Shown here piece by piece: positions 28,507 to 39,651 of a DNA stretch of 64,000 nucleotides. The DNA lies in NCBI GenBank assembly GCA_964016885.1, contig OZ024748.1, positions 48,608,001 through 48,672,000 on the forward strand, written 5' to 3'. The position numbers and the translations under genes are program-made. The notes under the pieces were generated by a model. The model was given only the letters and a program-made list of their open reading frames with translations, was not told the DNA's origin and did no database searches. This stretch comes from Eledone cirrhosa (lineage: Eukaryota). Position 1 is the stretch's first letter. Every line of letters starts with the position of its first letter.

Positions 28507-28827
28507 TTAGTAAAAAGGAAAAGAAAATGCTGACAAATTTTTCCCAGTGAAAAATACTATAATTAGGAATAAGTATAAATTAGTAATAAGTATTAGTTAG
28601 TATTCAGTTTTAGTTTTAAATTTTTACCGGTTGCGCATTTCTTATGCTTTTCAAAAATCACAAGCACTCTATCTCAAAATTATTTTTGAAAAGCATAAGA
28701 AATGCGCAACCGGTAAAAACTTAAAACTGAATACTAACTAATAATTATTACTAATTTATACTTATTCCTAATTAAACTATTTTTCACTGGGAAAAATTTG
28801 TCAGCATTTTCTTCTCGTTTTTACTAA
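28507..28827. repeat. Inverted repeat with arms of about 150 bp and a spacer of about 23 bp, between (TA)n tracts
   Basis: accggttgcgcatttcttatgcttttcaaaaat / atttttgaaaagcataagaaatgcgcaaccggt, with the arms extending outwards. Confidence 0.9.
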
Positions 28828-28898
28828 TATATCGCAACTCTATTTAAAAAAAATATATATATATTTTTTAAATATATATATATATATAAATACTATAG

Positions 28899-29161
28899 GT
28901 TGGGAATACAACAGTAAAGTAAGGCATTCATATATTTCAAGCTCCAATGTGGTTTATTCTATATCCAGATTAGTGAGAGGTATTTCAGAGGTAAATCCAG
29001 TTGGTATACTTCTGCCTTAGATTTATAATTGCAGATCATATATTAACATAAGAAAATAGATCACCAAGGTTCATTAATTAATAAATTATTTATTTTATCT
29101 ACATATGTTTCATTCTCTAAATATATTCTTTACAATACCTTTATAGAGGTATTGTCAGGAT
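28899..29161 (-). mobile_element. AT-rich Penelope-like pLTR remnant with a degenerate HHR
   Basis: Terminal gttgggaatacaac resembles 52212-52224 and the reverse complement of 61803-61815. Minus strand reads ...gagaat-GAAA-catatg-UA-gat; the core is mutated (CUGACAA). Confidence 0.4.
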
Positions 29162-29786
29162 CCATTATATATACATAACATATTAAAAAGTCTTTACATA
29201 CCGACTGATGTATGTCGAACGATGTATGTGCATATCAGCTTGGTTGAAGCGACAAGTTTTTTCTAAGTTTATGGAAGGTTGGAATTGCCAGAATTATTTA
29301 ACGGTACTTTTCTTAATAGTTATTTTGTGAGGTATTTCCAGCCCTCCTATTCTGATATTAATATAATCTATGTCTGTTATTAGTGCAACTATATTAGTAT
29401 TTACTGAAGTTTTACTCAAATTTAACTTCAGTATCTAGTATTATGAGCGTGAATGTTATGAAGTCTATGGAAGCAGGTAATGGCTAAAATTATCTATGGG
29501 TTATTGGTGTTTATTTTATTTAGGTTATTTATATGTACCAGTTTGTTTTACTAGGAACATACAGTCATAAACTACTCCTTCTGTACATGTAGCGCCCTTA
29601 CACACACACACACACACACACACCCTTATGGCCATATCTTATCACATACATTTATCCATACAAACCCACATATACACACAATGGAAGTCCACATGATTAT
29701 GTAGATATATGCAAACATACAGACACACATACAGATCCCATCATACCCAATTTCCACATATATATGTATGTGTGTGTGTGTATATA

Positions 29787-30228
29787 CAGGGTGCGGACGA
29801 TATCTGTTAGCAAGATTACTGTCTAGGAAAAAATAAGACAGTAGTTTTATTTTTTAAGATTTATTTATCAAACTTGGGTCAGTTTGTCTTCATGACTTGT
29901 TCTTTCGATCTCACTCGATAAACCCGCCATTGGCTTTGATGACGGCCTCAAGAAGGTCTCGGAAGCGGCTACAGGCCTTCGTCACTGTCCCCCGACTTAG
30001 GCCTCTAAAGGCACTTGTGATCCTGGCCTTCAGATCGTCTTTCGTATTGCAGCTAGATCTGTTGGTGTCTCGTCCCACTGCGCCCCACACAAAAAAGTCA
30101 AGGCGGTTGCAGTCAGGCGAGCGGGGAGGCCAGATGTCAGGTGAAGCGTGGTCGATGAAGTTCTGACAGCCAGGCCTGGGTCTTTCAGCTGGTATGGCAG
30201 GGCGCTGTTCCTTGCTGCCATGTGTCGT
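29787..30228 (-). mobile_element. Tc1/mariner DD37D (maT-like) transposon 3' remnant with right TIR
   Basis: TA then cagggtgc terminus at 29787. Minus strand encodes WQQ.TAPCHTS*KTQAWLS / NFIDHASPDIWPPRSPDCNRLDFFVWGAV...ACSRFRDLLEAVIKANGGFIE-stop (stop at 29911-29913). About 37 residues separate the second and third catalytic positions once frameshifts are repaired. Confidence 0.85.
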
Positions 30229-30229
30229 C

Positions 30230-30881
30230 TGAGAACATGTAGCATCGTCTCACCTCAGAACATGTAGTCGCACCTCAGAACATGTCGCCTCACCTCAGAA
30301 CATGTAGTGTACTCACACCCCAGAACATGTCATCTCACCTCAGAACATGTCTTCTGAGAACATGTAGTGTTGTCGCACCTCAGAACATGTCTTCTGAGAA
30401 CATGTAGTGTTGTCGCACCTCAGAACATGTAGCGTCGTCTCACCTCAGAACATGTAGCGTCGTCTCACCTCAGAACATGTAGCGTCGTCTCACCTCAGAA
30501 CATGTAATGTCGTCTCACCTCAGAACATGCAGCGCCGTCACACCCCAGAACATGTAGCGTCCCCTCACCTCAGAACATGTAGCATCGTCTCATCCCGGAA
30601 CATGTAGCATCGTCTCACCTCGGAACATGTAGCGTCGTCTCACCTCGGAACATGTAGCGTCGTCTCACCTCGGAACATGTAGCGTCGTCTCGCCTCGGAA
30701 CATGTAATGTCGTCTCACTTCAGAACATGCAGCGCCGTCACACCCCAGAACATGTAGCGTCCCCTCACCTCAGAACATGTAGCATCGTCTCACCTCGGAA
30801 CATGTAGCAACGTCTCACCCCGGAACATGTAGCGTCGTCTCACCTCGGAACATGTAGCGTCGTCTCACCTCAGAACATGTA
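30230..30881. repeat. 25-bp minisatellite
   Basis: Unit agaacatgtagcgtcgtctcacctc, about 26 copies. Confidence 0.95.
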
Positions 30882-31214
30882 TTTTAAACCTAGTTCCAAC
30901 AGATGAAACTTTTCTCTTCCAATTTTCCTCTATTATACACAACAGTCAACATTTGCTAAAGTAATCGCTGTCTCTGCTGTGTATATTCAGGATTAGGCTT
31001 TACTATATGCTATTTATAATGTCATTTTTCTTGTCTAGAAAAATATTATATAGTAGTTTCACTTAGAATATACATAACATACTCAATATAGATAGTTATA
31101 GCTGGCTTGTACATACATACATATATACATACATACATATGTATACACACACACATACATATGTATACACACACATATATATATATATATGTTTGTGTGT
31201 GTATATATATGCAT

Positions 31215-31245
<31 letters not shown>

Positions 31246-31251
31246 AATATA

Positions 31252-31372
31252 ATTGTTTCTACTTTTGGCACAAGGCCAGCAATTACCCAGTGCGTTACTG
31301 GTACTTTGTTTTATCGACACCCGTAGGGGGTGAAAGACAAAGTCAACCTCAGTGGGATTTGAACTCAGAATG
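31252..31372 (-). mobile_element. Family A SINE, partial
   Basis: Reverse complement of the core and 3' end. Confidence 0.8.
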
Positions 31373-31430
31373 ACAATGTTAGTAAAACTATAATAACCTC
31401 ATAAACATCATCTGCATCTGTTGGTTTACG

Positions 31431-31816
31431 GTGGATTGGCAGTATCGGTAGAGGGTCGGACGCCATGCTTTGACGCATAGAGTTACGGCCCTTGCCGTTC
31501 TGAGTTCAAATACCGCCGAGGTTAACTTTGCCTTTCATCCTTACGGGGTCGATAAAATAAAGTACCAGTAATGCACTGGGTAATTGCTGGCCTTGTGCCA
31601 AAAAGTAGAAACAATTATTTTTGGTAGTGTTGTCGATTGGCAGTATCGGAAGGGGGTCGGACGCCATGCTTTACAGCAAAGAGTTATGGCCCTTTATGGT
31701 TTGAGTTCAAATCTCGCTGAGGTTAACTTTGCCTTTCATCCTTACGGGGTCGATAAAATAAAGTACCAGTAATACACTGGGATAATTGCTGGCCTTGTGC
31801 CAAAAGTAGAAACAAT
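31431..31816 (+). mobile_element. Two tandem family A SINEs
   Basis: gattggcagtatcgg...gcctttcatccttacggggtcgataaaataaagtacc...gtagaaacaatt, twice. Confidence 0.85.
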
Positions 31817-32019
31817 TATTATTGTTCATGTAGCAGCAAAGTTTTTGTTTCTTAGCAATAAGGAAGTGAATATAAAATAATAACTATTATTTTTACCACC
31901 ATTATCCTGCTGGATCTTGTGACAGTTTGGGAAATTTTAATGTTTTAGCTCTTTTAATTCTTATTTAACTTTGCCTTAGCCAACATACTTTCTTATTTCT
32001 ATATATCATTACTGCTACC

Positions 32020-32548
32020 ACTGTCAACAATAACAACAACAACACTACCACTACTTTCAGCAACATCGACGACATCAATAGCAATAACAACACCACTACC
32101 AATATCAACAATAACAAGACCACCACTAACAACAACAGCAATAGCAGCAATACCGACAACAACAACACCACCACCACCACTACTACTACTACTAACAACA
32201 ACAACACCACCAACACCACCACCACCACCAACACTAACAACAACATTATCAACAAATCATCACCACCACCTCTAATGCTATCACCACCAAAATTAACAGT
32301 AACAATTCCATGGACACCATCACCACTAACAACAACAACACCAACTACAACAGTGACACCATCACCATTACCAACTACCACCATCACCACTAACAACAAC
32401 AACTACAACAGTGACACCATCACCACCATCACCACTAACAACAACAACAACAATACCAACTACAACAGTGACAAAAACACCATCATCACCATCATCATCA
32501 TCACCACCACCAATAACATCAACAGCAACAATAACAATGCTAATAACA
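32020..32548. repeat. (CAA/CAC/CAT)n low-complexity tract
   Basis: Direct inspection. Confidence 0.9.
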
Positions 32549-32691
32549 CCTTTTAAGAAATCTGATCTCCCCCATTACATGTTGTTGCATGGAGAAGTGA
32601 TATTAGGCTACAATCTTCTAGGTTTTGAATTCAGTTCCACTACATCTGGACATATATTACTTATAACCATTTTATTTTGTTCATTTACAAT

Positions 32692-33710
32692 TTAGTCTTA
32701 TTAGGAAAGGGGGATAGTGCCCCTACACTTTCTAGGGTCTCTCCAAGACTGTTAGTCTTAGTAGGAAAGGGGGATAGTGGCCCTACACTTTCTAGGGTCT
32801 CTCCAAGACTGTTAGTCTTAGTAGGAAAGGGGGATAGTGCCCCTACACTTTCTAGGTTCTCTCCAAGACTGTTAGTCTTAGTAGGAAAGGGGGATAGTGC
32901 CCCTACACTTTCTAGGTTCTCTCCAAGACTGTTAGTCTTAGTAGGAAAGGGGGATAGTGCCCATACACTTTCTAGGTTCTCTCCAAGACTGTTAGTCTTA
33001 GTAGGAAAGGGGGATAGTGCCCCTACACTTTCTAGGTTCTCTCCAAGACTGTTAGTCTTAGTAGGAAAGGGGGATAGTGCCCATACACTTTCTAGGTTCT
33101 CTCCAAGACTGTTAGTCTTAGTAGGAAAGGGGGATAGTGCCCCTACACTTTCTAGGTTCTCTCCAAGACTGTTAGTCTTAGTAGGAAAGGGGGATAGTGC
33201 CCATACACTTTCTAGGTTCTCTCCAAGACTGTTAGTCTTAGTAGGAAAGGGGGATAGTGCCCATACACTTTCTAGGTTCTCTCCAAGACTGTTAGTCTTA
33301 GTAGGAAAGGGGGATAGTGCCCATACACTTTCTAGGTTCTCTCCAAGACTGTTAGTCTTAGTAGGAAAGGGGGATAGTGCCCATACACTTTCTAGGTTCT
33401 CTCCAAGACTGTTAGTCTTAGTAGGAAAGGGGGATAGTGCCCATACACTTTCTAGGTTCTCTCCAAGACTGTTAGTCTTAGTAGGAAAGGGGGATAGTGC
33501 CCATACACTTTCTAGGGTCTCTCCAAGACTGTTAGTCTTATTAGGAAAGGGGGATAGTGCCCATACACTTTCTAGGGTCTCTCCAAGACTGTTAGTCTTA
33601 GTAGGAAAGGGGGATAGTGCCCATACACTTTCTAGGGTCTCTCCAAGACTGTTAGTCTTAGTAGGAAAGAGGGATAGTGCCCCTACACTTTCTAGGTTCT
33701 CTCTAAGACT
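32692..33710. repeat. 60-bp minisatellite, about 17 near-identical copies
   Basis: Unit gtaggaaagggggatagtgcc(c/a)tacactttctagg(g/t)tctctccaagactgttagtctta. Confidence 0.97.
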
Positions 33711-33929
33711 TTATCTTGATTAGTCAATCCCAAATTTAGTTTGTTGTGGAACCCATACAAAATATTTTAATAGATAATCCCAGAACCTATTTCTATATTT
33801 CATGGACTATATTATTAATCTTTAACACACTGTCGGCGACAATAAAGTAATCTCCCTTTAATATATAATGCAGTATCAAGGAAAGCAATTCATAAAAATT
33901 TCAAGTGTGTTGAAGGTTAAATAAAAGGG

Positions 33930-34112
33930 TGGTGGATTGACTGTATCAGTAGAGTGTTGGACAACATGCTTGATGGCATAGAGTTATGGCCCTTTGCATT
34001 CTGAGTTCAAATTCCGCCAAGTTTAGTTTTGTTTTTCATTCTCATGGGGTTCATAAAATAAAGTACCAGTAATGCACTGGGGTCAATTTAATCAACATTT
34101 TCCTTCTCCAAA
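33930..34112 (+). mobile_element. Family A SINE
   Basis: ctgagttcaaattccgcc...aaaataaagtaccagtaatgcactgg. Confidence 0.75.
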
Positions 34113-35442
34113 ATTGTACTTTTGCTAATGTGATTTCTTATGGTTTGTTAATTCAGAGATTTATAGTATATTTACTAATGTAGAGAACATTGTGAAAATT
34201 TGCATTATTGTAAATACTTCAATTTTCAATGTGATAAGTCAGAGTGCTATTTTTTTTTTTCAAGAACATCTTGCTAATATGGTTTCATGTGGTTTGTTAA
34301 TTCAAATATTTATAGTATCTTTACTAATGGACAGATTGTTGCTATATTACAGTAAAGACTTTAATGTATAGTGCTGTTTTGTACTTTTTAAGAATGTCTT
34401 GCTAATGTGGTTTGCTGATTCAAATGTTTATATTATCTTTACTATTGGACAGATTGTGGAAATTAGCAGTAAATAAGACTTTAATTTTTAATATAATGCA
34501 GGTCATAGTGCTGTTTTGTACTTTTCAAGAATGATTTGTTAATGTGGTTTCATGTGGTACATGACATTGAGAGTTGTCTAGCATATTTCTGAATATTTTT
34601 TTCTTGAGGCTTTTGTTGTTGTTTATTTCCCTTAGAATCTGGTAAATCTATATAATGCTTTCCTATAATAATCCTTCACTCTCAGCAATTCCATTATTTT
34701 TATTGTTGAGAGTGAGATATTTTGTCAGTCAGCATTTTCACCAGTGTTTTATTCCATTGTGTGTCAGTGAAACATCTATCTACTCTATAACATTCAACAT
34801 TGATGGAATAGGAAAGTTTTCAGATACTGGAAACCATAAGAAAATATATAAAAAATTGAAAATTTAAGAAATAACAACAAAAACAACAAATAGTGAATAT
34901 ATTCAGTTATTATTTATTGATATATATATATTTTATTTACGTGGCAGTCATTTTTCACATATTCTTCACATACTGATCAATGTTTAAGCATGCAAGATAT
35001 CCTGTTATTTTGCATTTTCATGGGTCTCTCTCTCTCTCTCTCTTTCTCTCTCTCAGTTTTAGAGGTCATGTGATAGCACGATAGGAAACTAGCAGACGTG
35101 CTAATCACCTTCACCCTATTGACCGATATGTTATTGTATGTGCATCCTGCTGATGAGTTGTGATTAGCCTAGATTACGTAACATTTGCCAATATTTCGTA
35201 ATCTTCTGCATATAACACATCTAATACCTGTTATAGGCAAATGATTACGATGAAACAGGATTCCATCCAGGAGATACCTCAGTGTAACTAATACCTGAAC
35301 ACTGCCATAAAACTCACTAATTGTGTTTTCTCTGTAATGTAGTGTGCAGTCTATAAACTGCACACTTGTTAACTCATTGAGTGTGTGAGCTATGGCCGGT
35401 GATGACTAAAATAAATTTGGTGGCTTTGATAATCTCACTCTA

Positions 35443-35783
35443 CACACACACACCACACCACACCACACCACACCACACACCACACCACACCACACACCCA
35501 CACCACACCACACACACCACACACCACACACACACCACACACACACCACACACACCACACCACGCACACCACACATACCACACATACCACACATACACAC
35601 CACACACACCACACACACCACACACCACACACCACACACGCACCACGCACCACACACCACACACCACACACCACGCACCACACACCACACACCACACACC
35701 ACACACCACACACCACACACCACACACCACACACCACACACCACACACCACACACCACACACCACACCACACACCACACACAC
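35443..35783. repeat. (CACAC/CACCACA)n simple repeat
   Basis: Direct inspection. Confidence 0.95.
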
Positions 35784-35809
35784 ATATTTATATGCATATA
35801 TATATATAA

Positions 35810-35959
35810 ATTGGGAGATAACCATTGTAGACTAGTAAGGCTATTGTTCAGCTTAGTACTCAATACTTAAGTAGAGTGTAGGTATTATGAGTCACTTCTC
35901 AACAGTTGACTCTTGTCATTTTGATGGCAAGAGTTCAACTGTTGGGCAGTAACTCATAA
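35810..35959. mobile_element. Penelope-like pLTR remnant ending in an imperfect hairpin (35885-35959)
   Basis: Shares gtactcaatac(t/a)ta...agagt with 36183-36208 and 485-504. Arms ttatgagtcacttctcaacagttgactcttgtcat / atggcaagagttcaactgttgggcagtaactcataa. Confidence 0.5.
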
Positions 35960-35982
35960 CACACACACACATATATATGATT

Positions 35983-36031
35983 GATTCCTGATGATTTCTA
36001 AAGAATGAAACAGTTCTAGTCCTGTAGAATC
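35983..36031 (+). ncRNA. Hammerhead-like motif with imperfect stem I
   Basis: CUGAUGA (35988-35994), uuuc/gaau stem II, GAAAC...GUC (36019-36021); gauuc/gaauc pair only with a 5-nt offset. Confidence 0.45.
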
Positions 36032-36213
36032 TCATCTATATTAAAACTTTTATACTCTGCTATGTATTGAGTACCTTACTTACTGTGGTTACCTCCGATT
36101 CAACTTGGAATAACTTACCTTATATATATATATATAACGAAGGAAATGTGGTAAGGAACCAGGTGGACCTTAACGCACCAAAGTACTCAATACTTAGGGT
36201 AGTAGAGTGGGTA

Positions 36214-36336
36214 ATAGGAAGGAGTAGGACCCCGACGGCTGAGCTCAAGCCGTTTCGACGGCTAATTCTGGACTAGAATTAGTCCAGAATTAGCCGTCGA
36301 AACGGCTTGAGCTCAGCCGTCGGGGACCTACTCGTT

Positions 36337-36341
<5 letters not shown>
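36214..36341. repeat. Near-perfect 128-bp palindrome, each arm carrying the 3' half of an HHR
   Basis: ...gtttcgacggctaattctggacta-gaat-tagtccagaattagccgtcGAAAcggcttgagctcagccGTC...; stem III acggct/agccgt. Confidence 0.85.
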
Positions 36342-36380
<39 letters not shown>

Positions 36381-36381
<1 letters not shown>

Positions 36382-36567
36382 GGGTCAGCTGAAAAGTTCA
36401 TGGAATGACCAAGATACTCTCATGGAAAAATCAAATGACTTTTATTTTTCAACATAGTCCCTGGAAAGAAATAATGCAGTTAATATGTAGAGTTGAAATT
36501 AATGCATGCAATATTTCACAGCATTACTCCTTTGTAGTCAGCCTATGAACTTTTCAGCCCACCCACG
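36381..36567. mobile_element. Mariner-type MITE
   Basis: Imperfect TIRs gggtcagctgaaaagttcatggaatgac / gtcagcctatgaacttttcagcccaccc. Confidence 0.7.
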
Positions 36568-36589
36568 TGTGTGTGTGTGTGTGTGTATG

Positions 36590-36659
<70 letters not shown>

Positions 36660-36867
36660 CCACTTATACATATAGTAAGTTGATTTGCCAGAGTCAATAC
36701 AATGTCAGAATGTGTTGCAATATTTGATCTGCTTCTCTACACTCAGTCCCAGTTTCACCAAGGTATACTTTGATGTGATAAAGAAAGTACCAACCCAGTG
36801 TTGCTGCTGCCCTCCATTTCTTTGTAGTTATTTATTCCATCCTGGATGTTACAGTGGGGCTAACAAT

Positions 36868-37200
36868 ATGGGGGGAGCTGTGAGAAGAGTAAAAACTGTG
36901 GGAGGAGCTGTGAGAAGAGTAAAAACTGTGGGAGGAGCTGTGAGAAGGGTCAACATTGGGTCAAAAATGTGAGAGGAGCTCTGAGAAGGTTCAATAATGG
37001 GTCAATAATGTGGGAGGAGCTGTGAGAAGGGTCAACATTGGGTCAAAAATGTGGAAGGACCTGTGAGAAGAGTCAACATTGGGTAAAAAATGTGAGAGAA
37101 GCTCTGAGAAGGTTCAATAATGGGTCAATAATGAGGGAGGAGCTGTGAGAAGGGTCAACGTTGGGTCAAGAATGTGGGAGGAACTGAGAGGAAGGTCAAT
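36868..37200. repeat. Degenerate 30-41-bp purine-rich tandem repeat
   Basis: ggaggagctgtgagaag recurs about 9 times. Confidence 0.8.
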
Positions 37201-37749
37201 ATATCTGCTCTGGATGTTACCTTGGGGTCAAGAAAGTTGGCGATGAGTCAATATGTGACTACACAAACACTTAAAACAGATAACAGAAAGCATGGTGCAT
37301 GCTACCAAGTCATTCTCGATTGCAAGTTGACGGCTATAGTTTTCTTTCTGTCTTTTTTGTGTGTGTATTTTAGTATATACATGTGTGTGTGCAGTTTTGT
37401 GTGTATTTTAGTATATGTGTGTGTGTAGTTTTGTGTGTATATGTATAAAACTTTTTGTTTGAAAGTGTGTATAGTTTTGTGTGTGTATATTTATAGTTTA
37501 TGTGTGTGTATCTATCATTTATTGATTTCTATTACTATAAGTTCCACAATAATCCATACAGCTGCTTTACTCCACCCCTCCCCCTCAACCTACCCCAGGA
37601 ACATTTCTCTAGTCAATTATAACATATTTAAGTTTTCTAACCGTATTAGACTCTGACTATTGATCTTGTGTCTAACCCATGCTAGCATGGAAATTGTACA
37701 TTAAACGGCAATGATTGATATATATATATATATATAAAATACTAGCTCT

Positions 37750-38746
37750 TTCAATTGCGCAGAGGGTTCTATAGAAATAGTGGACAGTTTCCGTTACCTG
37801 GGTGATAAAATCAGCAGTGGGGGAGGGTGCTCTGAAAGTACAGTAGCTAGAGTCAGAACTGGTTGGAAAAAGTTCAGAGAGCTTATACCACTATTAGCTG
37901 CTAAAGGGTTCTCCCTAAAAATGAAAGGCAGGTTGTACGATGCCTGCATATGAACAGCAATGTTGCATGGCAGTGAGACCTGGGCATTGTGTGCAGAGGA
38001 TATACGCAGACTAGAGAGGAACGAAGCTTGCATGCTCCGCTGGATGTGTAACAGTAATATACGTGAACGGCAAAGCATAAACGAACTAAGGAAAAAATTA
38101 GAAATAAGAGGGATCAGATGTTGTTTACTCGAGAGAAGGCTACGTTGGTATGGACACGTGATGCGCATGAAAGTCGATAGCTGTATAACAAAGTGCAGGG
38201 CAATAAAGATAGACGGTAGCCACGGAATAGGCAGACCTAGAAAAACCTGGGACGAGCTGATAAACTCCGACCTCACACACTTACACCTCTCCAAGACAAT
38301 GTCACTGGACCGAGACCTTTGGCGGTACTCAGTAACAGAGAAGACCCGCCTTACCTAAATACATAGTAAAACCTACTACAGCCAGTAGGCATCTAACAAA
38401 ATACCCCCCCCCCCCCCGTCCCACAACACCCAACCCATCCACGCCACCCTGTTCTATGTAAAGTTGTGTTGGTGCCACACCATCCAGGCCGAAACAAATG
38501 AGATCGTGTAGGTGTCACGACAAAAAAAACACACAGTCCACGCTGTAATGTGGCCGTGTAGGCAACATGGTAAAAACCTCCCAGACCCACACTGTAAATG
38601 TGGTTGGTGTTAGGAAGGGCATCCAACTGTAGAAAACCTGCCAGACAGTCCTATGCGAGCAAGACAATCACTCTTGCCTCAAGTGGGACTACCCCCGTCC
38701 AAACCCATGCAAGCATGGAACACGGACGTTAAACGTTGATGATGAT
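37750..38746 (+). mobile_element. 5'-truncated RTE-clade LINE: RT C-terminal region, 3' UTR and (GAT)n tail
   Basis: EIVDSFRYLGDKISSGGGCSESTVARVRTGWKKFREL...KGRLYDACI*TAMLHGSETW...RLRWYGHVMRM...GRPRKTW; one in-frame stop; ORF ends at 38358. Confidence 0.92.
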
Positions 38747-38751
38747 TATAT

Positions 38752-38833
38752 CATCATCATTTAACGTCCATTTTCCACGGTACCATGGGTTAAATAACAT
38801 GGTACCGTGGAAAATGGACGTTAAATGATGATG
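38752..38833. repeat. Perfect palindrome with 36-bp arms, made of two RTE/SINE 3' tails
   Basis: catcatcatttaacgtccattttccacggtaccatg-(10 nt)-catggtaccgtggaaaatggacgttaaatgatgatg. Confidence 0.9.
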
Positions 38834-39073
38834 TTATATATATTGAAAGAGTGAAGAATAACATGGTCAATAGTACAAAAAAGGGTTTTATTTACAGTCT
38901 AACAATTGTTAAACTTACATAGGAGTGCAAGAGAACTCATAAACTCGCCACCTACAGAAACCTCTTGTTGAGTCAAACAACGCCGTACGCTAAAACTATC
39001 CCCAATACAAAGTATTCACAACCTCTAACTGGATTACCTATAACAATATTTTGTTATCCCTTATATTCATATA

Positions 39074-39127
<54 letters not shown>

Positions 39128-39227
39128 CATATATATATTCATTATATATATATATATGCTTCGTGGTCACTGATCTGCCCAGCTCGTTTGTCTACCAGCA
39201 TATCATGAAAAAATTATACATCTCATA

Positions 39228-39305
39228 TATTTTGTTTGAGGAGGACATGTTTTGGTTTATGTTACACATAAAACTTTATATCTTCGAAATATATATAATG
39301 AAATA
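39228..39305 (+). ncRNA. Minimal type-I HHR motif (U3 variant), same family as 52394 and 61641
   Basis: uauuuugu-UUGAGGA-long stem II (uuuaugu/acauaaa)-GAAA-uauaua-UA-augaaaua; stem I extends via caucuc/gagaug. Confidence 0.55.
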
Positions 39306-39367
39306 GAGATGATATAAAGTATATATCTTTCGTTTATTACCATTATTATTATTATTATTAAGGGCGT

Positions 39368-39550
39368 TGGATTGGCAGTATTGGTAGAGGGTCAGACGCC
39401 ATGCTTTCCAGCATAGTTACGTCCCTTTACGATCTGAGTTCAAATCCCGTCGAGGTTGACTTTGCCTTTCATCCTTACGGGGTCGATAAAATAAAGTACC
39501 AGTAATGCACTGGGTAATTGCTGGCCTTGTGCCTAAAGTAGAAACAATTA
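39368..39550 (+). mobile_element. Family A SINE, young copy
   Basis: Near-identical to 7651-7830 and to the reverse complement of 59850-60030. Confidence 0.88.
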
Positions 39551-39651
39551 TTATTATTATTATATATATATAATCTAACTAATATTTCAAGGCCCAATAT
39601 TGACCATATCTTCAGAATGTAAGAGGGATCAAAATTGTGACCTTCATTTTT

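Noticed and set aside
35085-35165. Possible type-II HHR (GAAAC...CUGAUGA)
   Set aside because: Stems II and III cannot be formed convincingly.
39572-39620. Minus-strand CUGAAGA...GAAA motif
   Set aside because: Stems I and II are weak; could be a decayed HHR but is not supportable.
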